Source of the DNA: a virus
Lineage: Duplodnaviria > Caudoviricetes
DNA length: 64,000 nucleotides
Strand: one strand, 5' to 3'
IMG/VR virus record: IMGVR_UViG_3300010049_000011
Span: 64,001 to 128,000 of that record
The stretch's first letter is position 1. Each line of letters starts with the position of its first letter. The translations under genes and the position numbers were made by a program. Below the pieces are notes generated by a model. It saw nothing but the letters and a program-made list of their open reading frames with translations, ran no database searches and was not told the DNA's origin. Of this stretch, positions 9,092 through 18,619 are shown in pieces.

Positions 9092-11443
9092 ATGCCTACA
9101 CTTGAAAAAGAAAGGATTAGTACAATAAGGGTCGACGACCCATCGACAGACTTCAACGCACTAAGGAATCTGCTTTCCGAAGACCTGTTGAATGTCTCTC
9201 CTAGCTTTTCTTCGATACACCCTTCTGCCACATCCCAATACATCCTAGACCTATTGTCTGGTTACGGCGCGATGCTCTCCTATAGAACAGTCTCGGCAGT
9301 TAATAATAACTTCCTTGAGGACGCTGTAGACCCCCAAGTGATCTATAGATTAGCAGACTTTTTAGGAAATTACCAAACAGGATCCAAAGCTGCCGCATGT
9401 ACTGTTAGACTTGTGAAGAGCTCTCAATCCACTGGTCAGTCCTTCTTTATCCCGCAATTTAGTGAGTTCCAGATTAACGGACAACCATTCTATAACCCCA
9501 ACCCAATTAACTGGGCGTCTTTCCTAAATACGATAAACGTACAACTCAAACAAGGCAGAATCCAGACGACTGACTTCGTTGCTCAAGGTAAAGATTTTGA
9601 GAGATTTTATTTCTCCTCAGGGTTCCAAACAGACATAACCTCCGACGTCTCGATCTTCTCTAACGGAGCAGTAATTCCCTTCGTGGTTGAGTTTGTATCT
9701 TATAGATTAGATGAGATGAGGAATTCTGTCTTCCTCAGAACGTCCGGAGACGGTAGATCTTACATTATGTTCGGTAATGGGTCCTTAGGGCTGTCTTCTT
9801 CTTCTGGGAGCCTAGTTACGGCGAGGTACTTCGAAAATATAGGGGAATCTGGGAATATTCTGCAAGTAGGCGTTCCTGTCCAACTATCCTCGGGAGTTCC
9901 AGGACTTATCCTAGATCCTACTTCCGTTACTATAACTTCTGCCCTGGGAGGTACTAACGTACCTTCTCCAGACGTAGTCAAATGGTCGTCCCCTAAATTA
10001 TTCGCGGCAGCGGATAGGTGTGTAACGAGAAACGATTATCGTGCCAGGATCCTCGAATTAAACAATTCTCTTATTGCTGCCCAGGCCTGGGGGGAATACG
10101 AGATGGCTCAATTATTAGGTTACTCAGACAACACTCTTATGAATAGAGCTTATATATCTGCGATCAAGAACGTACTACGTTACCCGAACCAACCTATGCC
10201 TACACTACCTTCTCCAGGATTCGTCGAAGTTCCGACCACGGACGACTACGTACCGGGAACATTCTCAAACACAGTCAATTGGATGTACGACGACATACCT
10301 CGGTCTCAGACGTATGTAGACGACAGAGGTTATGGTTGGTTAACCAGCCCCTCATATCCTAACGAGGTTAGAGGGTTTGTTAACTTTACTCTCTCGGACA
10401 ACCCCAATAACAACACCAACCCGACCTATCCTGTATCAAACATTCAACCGCAGCAACAGGATCCTGGTAATCCCGTTAATTACGACGCGAGCTGGATCTA
10501 TGCAATTGATAACAGCCAATATTGGCAGACGACAAGGCAACCAGACATCTCGAATTCTGTAATCCTCCAGTTACAAATGCCGGACGAGACAGCAATACTG
10601 GGTTCTATAGTCCTTAGAGCCAACAACCAAATAACTGCGTCTGGTAGGGCATTTCCTAAGACTATGAAGGTTTTCGGTTGGCCTAGCGACTACGCTCTGA
10701 AGCAAGGTGTAACTGATCCTACCACAGTGCTTACGATCGGGAATCAAATTAATAACCCATATTTTGACAACATAACCGACTTACTAAACATTCCAGAACC
10801 CGGAATTAATGGGGCCGTGGAGGTGTCGCTCAACACTCTTCACCAATTTCAAGACCCGACAGCTGTGACTCCGAAAGTTTATTCCCAATACTTTGTTGAG
10901 TTTTACGATTCTTACGGATCCGGATCTATATCTCTCGGGGGAATTAAAGCAGCTCATCTTATGATTGACTTATCAGACGGGGACATAAGCTACCAGAATA
11001 CTTATGGGGGGTTCACTCTAGGAACCAAGCTTTATTCCTATACCGGTTTTTACTTCTTTTACACCAACGGTATGACTCAGACCGAGAAGGACTCTTTAGT
11101 CTATTTATTAAAGCCGAGGAAAAACTTCACTCCCGTAATAAAGTTTATTGACCCAACAATATCTCTGATAGATATAGATCTGTCAGTGAAACTAAACGAG
11201 TACGTAAACAGTAGCGATACATTAAACGAGGTAGAGAGAATAACCACGTCTCTGATAAACCCGAAAGTGGGGGAAGATAGTGGATATGGCACTAGATATG
11301 TAAAGATGTCCGACCTTAACGCAGAACTCCGTGAGATCGATGGAGTAGATAACGTAAGAATCAACTTACCATCCCAAGACGTCTTCCTCCTTTGGAACGA
11401 AGTAGCGTTACTAGGCAATCTAACTATAAGCACGCTTGAATAA
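9092..11443 (+). CDS. Baseplate wedge gp6/baseplate J with internal insertion
   Basis: DFNALR..FLEDA..LA.FLG; FGNG..G; ADRCVTRNDY; IDGVDNV. Confidence 0.85.
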   Translation: MPTLEKERISTIRVDDPSTDFNALRNLLSEDLLNVSPSFSSIHPSATSQYILDLLSGYGAMLSYRTVSAVNNNFLEDAVDPQVIYRLADFLGNYQTGSKAAACTVRLVKSSQSTGQSFFIPQFSEFQINGQPFYNPNPINWASFLNTINVQLKQGRIQTTDFVAQGKDFERFYFSSGFQTDITSDVSIFSNGAVIPFVVEFVSYRLDEMRNSVFLRTSGDGRSYIMFGNGSLGLSSSSGSLVTARYFENIGESGNILQVGVPVQLSSGVPGLILDPTSVTITSALGGTNVPSPDVVKWSSPKLFAAADRCVTRNDYRARILELNNSLIAAQAWGEYEMAQLLGYSDNTLMNRAYISAIKNVLRYPNQPMPTLPSPGFVEVPTTDDYVPGTFSNTVNWMYDDIPRSQTYVDDRGYGWLTSPSYPNEVRGFVNFTLSDNPNNNTNPTYPVSNIQPQQQDPGNPVNYDASWIYAIDNSQYWQTTRQPDISNSVILQLQMPDETAILGSIVLRANNQITASGRAFPKTMKVFGWPSDYALKQGVTDPTTVLTIGNQINNPYFDNITDLLNIPEPGINGAVEVSLNTLHQFQDPTAVTPKVYSQYFVEFYDSYGSGSISLGGIKAAHLMIDLSDGDISYQNTYGGFTLGTKLYSYTGFYFFYTNGMTQTEKDSLVYLLKPRKNFTPVIKFIDPTISLIDIDLSVKLNEYVNSSDTLNEVERITTSLINPKVGEDSGYGTRYVKMSDLNAELREIDGVDNVRINLPSQDVFLLWNEVALLGNLTISTLE

Positions 11444-13206
11444 TGGTTCCTTTTTATAGATACGTGACTCAGGAATCTCAGGACTCTCAGTTCTTGCTGT
11501 TCCATGAGGGCAGGGCCTTACTTACTAAAGGATTAGTAAGCTTTGCACGTAATACTTTCACTGTAGATTTTATTACAAAAGAAGGAGAATCCGTTTCCGT
11601 ATGTAACGTGAGGAACTACAGCATACAGGATTGGATATATTTGGAATACGTGGTTTCCTCTCCAGACGGGGTTGTGGTAGGGTACGACCTCGGAAGTGTT
11701 TTATTAGACCTACCCAACCCCGCAGAATCTTTAGTATTCTTAGACGGCCTTCTGTTAAACTCTACTCAATACACGATCTCTAGCGATACCTTAACAATCC
11801 CATCCGCTCAGGTAGGGGAAAGTGTTATTATCCTAGGGTCCAAAACTCCCGGGAACATTTCGGTGATATCGAGCTTTAGGAGGGGTGCAGCGCTGTATTT
11901 TGACGCGAGCGGTACGCAGAGTGTTGACGCGAGCGGTACGACTTCTGTGTTCTTCAGCAATTCGAACACCTACTACTTCACTGCCCAAGACTCCCAGACT
12001 ACATTCGGTTTCGTAGATTCCTTAGGAACGAGATATATAACTGCCCCAGTCGGGTTGAACCATAGACTATATTCGAACTTCCATAAGAGACATGTCGGAT
12101 GGTCAGTTGTAGAGTCCAGGAAGTCCGGTCTGAACGGAGAGGCCTTGATAGTAAACGAAGAGGAAGCCTCTGTTGTAAGTCTATTCTCGGATATGTCTTT
12201 ACTGGCCCCTACTTCAGGGGATAAGGTTACAGTTATTCCTAACCCTGTAAGAAACTCGGTAATTCAAAGAGAAACTGGAACTATATCTGAAGTCCTAGTA
12301 GATGGAACGGTTAACGTTTTCCTAGACACATCCCAAGTAGAGGTGAATGTATCCCTTGGGGACATAGAGAGAGCATCTAACGTTCTTTACATAGCTCCTC
12401 CTCCGAGGAAGAACATAGCTTCCTACCTAACCCCAAGAGAGCTTAAGACCAGCTTTATTCCTGACATAATGGAGTCTTTTCAGAGGACAATCTTAGACCC
12501 CATACAATCTACGATAGATTACATAACTAATATTAGAGACACGACCTACCTAAACGAACTAGATTTCCAAAAGTCCCTGAGGTTGCGAGGTTTTGACCTT
12601 CCAGTATCTGCGTACTCCCGAGAAACTGCAATAGCTCTAGACGCCTTATTACCTCAACTGCAGAAGGCCCGAGGATCTGAGAGTTCCTTATTGCTGCTTA
12701 ACTTAATAACCGTGAATGGTCAACTTTCTGAAGAGCTCTGGACCGACGACTATAGAAACTTCTTCACTAGAGGAGACTTAGGTGTCGGGCAAACCCCTAT
12801 AATTCAATATTTTAAGGTTGATTATCTCCCCATAACGTTGTCGGCCATAAACACTGTTGATTATGAATATGTATCTCTCCCTAACCAAGAACTAGTAGAT
12901 TACGATCTAATCACAAGCCCCGATTTTGTGGTTTTAGGTTTGCAAGATGCAGGAGAACCACCAGCACCATACTACCCCACAAATCACGTAGTACTGACTG
13001 TTGCGCAGGGTAAGGAGATCACCGACGCAGACTACCGTATCCTAGAGGAGATGTTCTACAAGCTAGCTCCGATCGAACTACTTCTTTACGGTACTGTTGA
13101 AGAACTCAACCTAGGTTCCAACACCACAAATCTAGTAGGATCCGAAATATTTGTATCAGAAGAATTTATAATGGCATCACCAATCCAATACATCGAAGGA
13201 CTATAG
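11443..13206 (+). CDS. Baseplate wedge gp7/tail protein I-like
   Basis: KARGSE..ELWT.DY..F; YYPTNHV..FYKLAPIELL; follows gp6. Confidence 0.65.
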   Translation: MVPFYRYVTQESQDSQFLLFHEGRALLTKGLVSFARNTFTVDFITKEGESVSVCNVRNYSIQDWIYLEYVVSSPDGVVVGYDLGSVLLDLPNPAESLVFLDGLLLNSTQYTISSDTLTIPSAQVGESVIILGSKTPGNISVISSFRRGAALYFDASGTQSVDASGTTSVFFSNSNTYYFTAQDSQTTFGFVDSLGTRYITAPVGLNHRLYSNFHKRHVGWSVVESRKSGLNGEALIVNEEEASVVSLFSDMSLLAPTSGDKVTVIPNPVRNSVIQRETGTISEVLVDGTVNVFLDTSQVEVNVSLGDIERASNVLYIAPPPRKNIASYLTPRELKTSFIPDIMESFQRTILDPIQSTIDYITNIRDTTYLNELDFQKSLRLRGFDLPVSAYSRETAIALDALLPQLQKARGSESSLLLLNLITVNGQLSEELWTDDYRNFFTRGDLGVGQTPIIQYFKVDYLPITLSAINTVDYEYVSLPNQELVDYDLITSPDFVVLGLQDAGEPPAPYYPTNHVVLTVAQGKEITDADYRILEEMFYKLAPIELLLYGTVEELNLGSNTTNLVGSEIFVSEEFIMASPIQYIEGL

Positions 13207-13207
13207 A

Positions 13208-14860
13208 ATGGCTAATTCAGTACTCATGACAACCGCAGCAGGTCGTAGGGCAGCGTATGACGCTATTATGGCGGGTATTAAGATCAAAATAGGATCGGTA
13301 GTTTTCGGCGATACTGTAATTTCTGACCCAACCACCATAGACTCCATGACTCAGGTTCCCGGAAACCAGGTTATCGTCCTATCTGGTGCTGATTTCGATT
13401 CTGCTGTATTCGTGTCTGGAAAGTTTATGGGAGACGGATTGCCTGGGTCGGACGGATTCCAGATATCTATTAACTTATCGAACGAATGGCCTACTGCTTC
13501 CCAACAACCTGATCCGTCAATCAGCACAGTAAATATCGGTTCTGTTGGGTTGGTGTTAGATAACAACGTGTTGTTTGCTGTAGGGACGATCTCTCAGATA
13601 GTCAACGGAGCGGAAGTTCCAATAACTAAGACAAGAGTAACTAACGAAGGCGCAGGAGACTCAAAAAAGTTCTTTGGAGTAGTAAATCTAGTTCAAGGAG
13701 GTAATGCGGTCGAGACCAACGTAGTTCAATCCCCTATAACGGCCCTATATAGGGTCTCTAACGACAGACCTCAAGACCCCAACACAAACCCAGGAGGAAT
13801 CCCTCCTACTCTACAGTCTCCTTTAAACTCGTTATTCGTGGAGAATTTCTGCAATACAGGAATGTCGGCTTTCGCAGTTCGAGACGAGACCTCTCCCAGA
13901 AACTGGAGATTCAGTACTATGGAGGGTAGGATCCAACAGATAGATCAATCTCAGTTCCCTCTTTATGCTGCTTCCGTAGGTTTATATATATCTTACGACC
14001 CGTCCACAGGAACCTACCTACCCACTAACGGAACCAACGCAGCTACGAACAACTTCAACCCGATAGGTTTATACGTTGGGGACGGAGGATATAATAACGT
14101 TGGATATGTGGTCGTCTCCGGCCCCGTCCCTAACTACGCCGGATCGAACACTATAAGCCCCGAACCCTACTTAGCGAACACTAGATATACTATAGGAGTT
14201 TCCGGTTCACTGATCCCTGCGACAGGTCAGGACTCGTTTGTTGTTGGGTTATCTGATGTTAACGGAAACTTAAGAATAAATCTAGAGAGACCCACAGCAA
14301 CAACAGTTCAGGTCAATTCATCTATTAGCGACTGCCCTATCCCTTCGAGAATGGCCTCCAGGTTCGCCTTAATAGATTCAGCTAGGACTATCTCCGGAAA
14401 CTGGACATTCACAGGATCTCAGACATTCTCCCAAGTTATTCAGGGAACAGCTCTACGCGCTCAGTGGGGAGACTTAGCTGAGTATTACGAATCGGATGAA
14501 GATTACGCTCCTGGAACCCTAGTTAAGTTTGGAGGATCTAAAGAGATTACGACAGCAGGCATTGACGATGTTGAGGTTAACTTCGTTGTATCCACCAAGC
14601 CTGGACTAGAGTTGAATGCTCCGAAGAAAGAAGAGAACTCCCCTGACGAAAGGATTATGCTTCCATGTGCCTTAGTGGGGAGAGTTCCAGTTCGAGTTTG
14701 TGGATCAGTTAAAAAGTTCGATAAGTTATATCTTAGCCATGAATTCTCAGGGACGGCTACCAACGTAGTGTCGAACACTCACGAGCTTATCGGTGTTGCT
14801 TTAGAGGATTCCGTAGACGGATATGTGCTGGCGTCCGTTAAATTAAATCTTGGAGCGTAA
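13208..14860 (+). CDS. Baseplate-anchored tail fibre protein with C-terminal DLAEYY (peptidase G2/IMC-like) domain
   Basis: N-terminal T.AGR..IGSVGL..LFAV collar motif; C-terminal AQWGDLAEYY..PGTLV.FGG..EIT..ALVGRVPV. Confidence 0.7.
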   Translation: MANSVLMTTAAGRRAAYDAIMAGIKIKIGSVVFGDTVISDPTTIDSMTQVPGNQVIVLSGADFDSAVFVSGKFMGDGLPGSDGFQISINLSNEWPTASQQPDPSISTVNIGSVGLVLDNNVLFAVGTISQIVNGAEVPITKTRVTNEGAGDSKKFFGVVNLVQGGNAVETNVVQSPITALYRVSNDRPQDPNTNPGGIPPTLQSPLNSLFVENFCNTGMSAFAVRDETSPRNWRFSTMEGRIQQIDQSQFPLYAASVGLYISYDPSTGTYLPTNGTNAATNNFNPIGLYVGDGGYNNVGYVVVSGPVPNYAGSNTISPEPYLANTRYTIGVSGSLIPATGQDSFVVGLSDVNGNLRINLERPTATTVQVNSSISDCPIPSRMASRFALIDSARTISGNWTFTGSQTFSQVIQGTALRAQWGDLAEYYESDEDYAPGTLVKFGGSKEITTAGIDDVEVNFVVSTKPGLELNAPKKEENSPDERIMLPCALVGRVPVRVCGSVKKFDKLYLSHEFSGTATNVVSNTHELIGVALEDSVDGYVLASVKLNLGA

Positions 14861-14884
14861 GAAAACTCTAAGAATCTAGGTACT

Positions 14885-16582
14885 CTACACCCAAACTAAA
14901 GCCTCTTGGAAGTATTTGGGAAATAGATTCTTGTTCCTCTTCCACAGAGACTCGAAACTCCCGTCCAGGATCCAAGTATCCGCGTAATCCGATACTGACC
15001 TCACAGACCTTCCAGAACCTTGGACTATCTGCTCGATAGTCTTACCGGCATACCACTCAGAATCTCTCTCCATACGAGCTTTTATCGCGTTATCCCCTAA
15101 CGACAGGTAGGGAACTTTTACGAACATCTGGAACCTCGAAAGATCGTCGTCTAGACTTATTCCTTCAGTACAGGAAGGAGATAGTAAGATCCCGTTTTTG
15201 CTCTTGTAAAACGCTTCCAACACCTCTTCTTTTGTCTCGGACGTATGGATAAGCATTCTTTTGGCGTTTCGAGAGTGTTCGAACACAAATCTAGCATTTG
15301 CGTAGGAAGTTGTGTGAACAATACCTTTCGAGGTACTGTAGGACTTTTCGATTAAGTCATCCATGAAGGAAACCATCTTAGGGAGCGTCTTTTCTTTATT
15401 CGCGTAATTCATGTATCCAACAGGGCAGAAGAAGATCTTACGATTCTCCACAGGAAAGGACATCGGTAGTTCGAGAACTTCACATTGGTCGAACGGTATT
15501 CCTAGATCCTTAGCGAATCTTCGGGGGTCGATTGTTCCAGACATAAAGATCAGCTTACGTGCAAATTGGTTGAGAATATCTTCCGTCATGAATTCCACAG
15601 AGATTGGAATAACCTCGAACCCCACCACATCTTCCTTCTCATCGAGGTAGTAGTTCGTAGCCCAATCGGTCTTTTCTTTGTGTTTGCGGTAGTTTGCTAT
15701 CTTACAAATTACGTGTTCGATCTCGTAGGAAAACTCACCCAAGCAGCAATTCTTGAAGTATTGGTCTATGACGAATTGATCCTTCTCAGTCTGTTTCATG
15801 TATTCTTGGATATTCTCGGAGTATTCGTCTATGTCTTTTTTGAATTTGCAGAGGTTTGAGAATAAAGAATCTATCCAGCGAAACAGCTCCTTTTCTTTAC
15901 GAACCTCGTTATCGATAACTAACTCTTGAGGGATAAATCCTGAGTAATTCTCAAAGCCCTTCGTTTGGTTTTTCGCGTAGGATACGACCTTATTGAAGTA
16001 TGTTAGGAATTTCTGATCGACAACTATAGCTCGATAGCCTTGGATCACTTTCTCAGCGCAATGGCATTCGTCGATAACAGCTAAATCCCTTGTCCCGAAG
16101 GAGCCGGTGAAGTCGAAATCAAGCAAGAGGAAGTGTAGGTTGGTCAGACAGATTGGATGGTTCTTCGCTCTCTCTTTAGCGCACTTATACGGGCATTCTC
16201 CAGCACATCTCATGGAGAATTTTTTATTGCTTCTGCACGGAGCTTCGGTATACTTGCAGGGACGAATAATACAGTCGTAATTATCCTGACCCTTTATGAG
16301 GGCCAATTGTTGTGGCGAGAACGTCCTCTCGTACTGCTCGAGTAGCGCATTAAATGGTGCAAGTAAGAAGGTAGAGCCACCGCCTCTTTGAACTAATTTC
16401 GAGGTAATATAAGCAATCAGGCTTTTCCCTGCTCCTGTTGGTGCCGAGATAATCATGTATTTCTTGGGGTTGTCCTGTGTGTTATACCACTTTTTGATGG
16501 TATCAAGAGCATCGATCTGCTGAGGACGGAGAGTGTCTGAAACAGTATTAAACTGCTGATAAGTTAGGTTTTCGGGAATCAT
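14885..16582 (-). CDS. DinG/Rad3-family (Fe-S) SF2 helicase
   Basis: LRPQQ Q motif, APTGAGKS, Cys cluster, IDECH, MSGT, EGISL, QGSGRSVR..D. Confidence 0.9.
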   Translation of the reverse strand: MIPENLTYQQFNTVSDTLRPQQIDALDTIKKWYNTQDNPKKYMIISAPTGAGKSLIAYITSKLVQRGGGSTFLLAPFNALLEQYERTFSPQQLALIKGQDNYDCIIRPCKYTEAPCRSNKKFSMRCAGECPYKCAKERAKNHPICLTNLHFLLLDFDFTGSFGTRDLAVIDECHCAEKVIQGYRAIVVDQKFLTYFNKVVSYAKNQTKGFENYSGFIPQELVIDNEVRKEKELFRWIDSLFSNLCKFKKDIDEYSENIQEYMKQTEKDQFVIDQYFKNCCLGEFSYEIEHVICKIANYRKHKEKTDWATNYYLDEKEDVVGFEVIPISVEFMTEDILNQFARKLIFMSGTIDPRRFAKDLGIPFDQCEVLELPMSFPVENRKIFFCPVGYMNYANKEKTLPKMVSFMDDLIEKSYSTSKGIVHTTSYANARFVFEHSRNAKRMLIHTSETKEEVLEAFYKSKNGILLSPSCTEGISLDDDLSRFQMFVKVPYLSLGDNAIKARMERDSEWYAGKTIEQIVQGSGRSVRSVSDYADTWILDGSFESLWKRNKNLFPKYFQEALVWV

Positions 16583-16605
16583 ACTCCCTAGAAGGTGGCG
16601 ATGTT

Positions 16606-16962
16606 TTACGAATTCGCGTTAAGATCGTTTGGGTGTTGAGGACAGGTTATGTGTGGGAATTTTCCAGACAACAACTCCAAGACATCGAACTTATTCTGCC
16701 TTAGAGCGCCCATTCGAGATTTGTAGTATTCTCTCTTAACACTAGACGACGCTTTAAGTGTACAATCTATTCCTACCCAACTCTTACCGTCGTCATGAAC
16801 CTCAGCTTCAGGATATTGCTTATCTTCGTAATCGTAGTAGATTGAAATATCTTTCGCCTGACAATACGTCTTCTCGTCGAAGTAAATCCTACAACCCTTC
16901 CATATTGAAATATTGAATCCAGAGTCTCTTAACTGCTTTGCTGCTAATTCGATTTTCTTCAT
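16606..16962 (-). CDS. Hypothetical protein
   Basis: 118-aa ORF co-oriented with the helicase. Confidence 0.6.
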   Translation of the reverse strand: MKKIELAAKQLRDSGFNISIWKGCRIYFDEKTYCQAKDISIYYDYEDKQYPEAEVHDDGKSWVGIDCTLKASSSVKREYYKSRMGALRQNKFDVLELLSGKFPHITCPQHPNDLNANS

Positions 16963-17887
16963 ACAGACGCGTAGAAGTAATTAAAAATTCCTCAGAGTAA
17001 ATATTCTGAGGTTCAAATAATTTTAATACGTTTGCTAGGTTCTTAGAGAGAATGCAGTGGCTCCCCTTGCCTCGTAATACTCGTTCGATAAATCTCACTC
17101 GTATTACTCACCATACCCCACTTAGCTCGTTCGCTTCGCTCACTCGGTCTATGTGTTACTCGCTCCTCGAATACAGAGTATTCTCGTCGACATTTCAAGC
17201 GTTCACTCACTTACGTTCGTTCACTGTGAAATGTATCGTAACAGAATCAATATTAACTCGCAAAGTATTGCTCGTAAATTGATTCTTGGACCCTAGAACC
17301 TATGTTTAGTCGAGAAAGAGCGCTACGCTACTTTCCTCCTAGTTGGCTACCCGCCAGGTCAGATCTACTCTCGAAACAGAGTTTCTCGTAATTAACTTCA
17401 CTACACAACTGCGTCTTTTAGAGACTTGTTGTTGGTTCAATTAATTAAAGTTCGCTTCGCTCACGATCTGAGAACAGGTAGACCTTTCGGTCCTAAGGGT
17501 AGCAAGTTCAAGTACTGTTTAATTTCTTCTCTCATGCATGTGTAGATCTATTCGAATACTACTAGATAAATCTAGTAGATATTCTCATATCTCTATCATC
17601 TGTTATGTTTCTTCTTAATCTTCTTAATCTACTCTACTATTATTTTTATTTATTCTTTCTTCTTACTTATTCTTAAATAATTAATCTATAATGTTATAAA
17701 AACTAGGATAACTAGATCTTAATAAGAATTATTCTGTTTATTATGTTAAGAATATTAAATTATGTATCCAGTTATTTTTAAGATTCTACATCTACAGTAT
17801 TTATTCAGTATTGTTAAGACTTAGTATTACTCAATTACTCACTTCGTTCGTAATCTCGTAAACATAAGTCTTGTAAACCTAGGTAAT
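16963..17887. other. Long non-coding region with repeats, palindromes and an AT-rich tract (candidate origin or ncRNA)
   Basis: Divergent gene junction; GTTCGCTTCGCTCAC at 17129 and 17450; palindromes at 16990-17011 and 17554-17584; AT-rich ~17590-17840. Confidence 0.55.
17021..17094 (+). promoter_or_regulatory. Degenerate fifth copy of the early promoter architecture, pointing into the non-coding region
   Basis: TTTTAATACGTTTGCTAGGT box ending 17040, 26 bp, TTGCCT at 17067; -10 poor. Confidence 0.4.
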
Positions 17888-17893
17888 TTGAAC

Positions 17894-18529
17894 ATGTTCC
17901 AGAAGTTAATAGAATACCTCGAGAAGCTGTTTAAGAAATTACTAGGTGTTCGTGAAGAAGGTTTGGAAAAACGTCTCTCGAAGGACTCTAAGGAAGATAA
18001 TAACCAATCTAAAGGTGTAGTTATGACGGAAGTAAGAGAATTTGTAAAAAAGAACGATATGTGGGTAGATTTTGATCCTAAGGATATTTCAGACGAGATC
18101 AAAGTGAGGTTGGAGATTACAAGATCTAAAGTTAATCTCCTGTTAGCTGAAGCACCCGAAGAGCTTACTAAGTTAGTAATTGTTCAGAGAGGTTGGAGAT
18201 CTCCTGAAAAGAATACTTCAGTAGGAGGAGTATTGAATTCACCTCACGAGTCTGGAGAAGGAATAGATATTAGGGAACTCAAATTTAGTAAACAAGAACT
18301 AGCTAAGTGGTGTGCTAAGAACCAAAACTTACTAAAGAAGCATGGGTTGTATCTTGAAGATCCAGCTGTAACTGTTGGGAACTTTACTGATTGGTGTCAC
18401 TTACAGACTCGCCCAACTAAATTAGGTAATGTTGTGTTCATGCCTTATTCTTACACAGGGTATAATTCGTCTAAGGAATCAGTGTCTCAAAAGTGGTGGT
18501 CTGATTTAGGTGTTAAGAGGCCGTTTTAA
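17894..18529 (+). CDS. Endolysin, peptidase M15 family
   Basis: GWRSPEKN..VGG..NSPH..GEGIDI..WCHLQ Zn-ligand pattern. Confidence 0.8.
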   Translation: MFQKLIEYLEKLFKKLLGVREEGLEKRLSKDSKEDNNQSKGVVMTEVREFVKKNDMWVDFDPKDISDEIKVRLEITRSKVNLLLAEAPEELTKLVIVQRGWRSPEKNTSVGGVLNSPHESGEGIDIRELKFSKQELAKWCAKNQNLLKKHGLYLEDPAVTVGNFTDWCHLQTRPTKLGNVVFMPYSYTGYNSSKESVSQKWWSDLGVKRPF

Positions 18530-18530
18530 G

Positions 18531-18539
18531 GTTCTAAAC
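18531..18539 (+). promoter_or_regulatory. Putative late promoter GTTCTAAAC
   Basis: Intergenic, before the Mtd_N fibre gene. Confidence 0.5.
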
Positions 18540-18580
18540 CACAATCGTAACCTGACAGCAAGCCAACACTAAATCGAAAA

Positions 18581-18619
18581 ATTACTAAGATGTGCAAGAA
18601 ATTACTAAGATGTGCAAGA
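18581..18619 (+). repeat. 20-bp-period tandem duplication spanning a start codon
   Basis: ATTACTAAGATGTGCAAGA at 18581 and 18601. Confidence 0.9.

Noticed and set aside
11900-11940. Direct repeat TTGACGCGAGCGGTACG with 24-bp period
   Set aside because: Simple in-frame duplication (DASGT twice) within a baseplate gene; no sign of regulatory or mobile function
17100-17860. CRISPR array or tRNA cluster in the non-coding island; 76-aa ORF 17052-17282
   Set aside because: Repeats are short, few and irregularly spaced; no cloverleaf with a T-loop consensus recognised; the ORF is a low-complexity translation of the repeats
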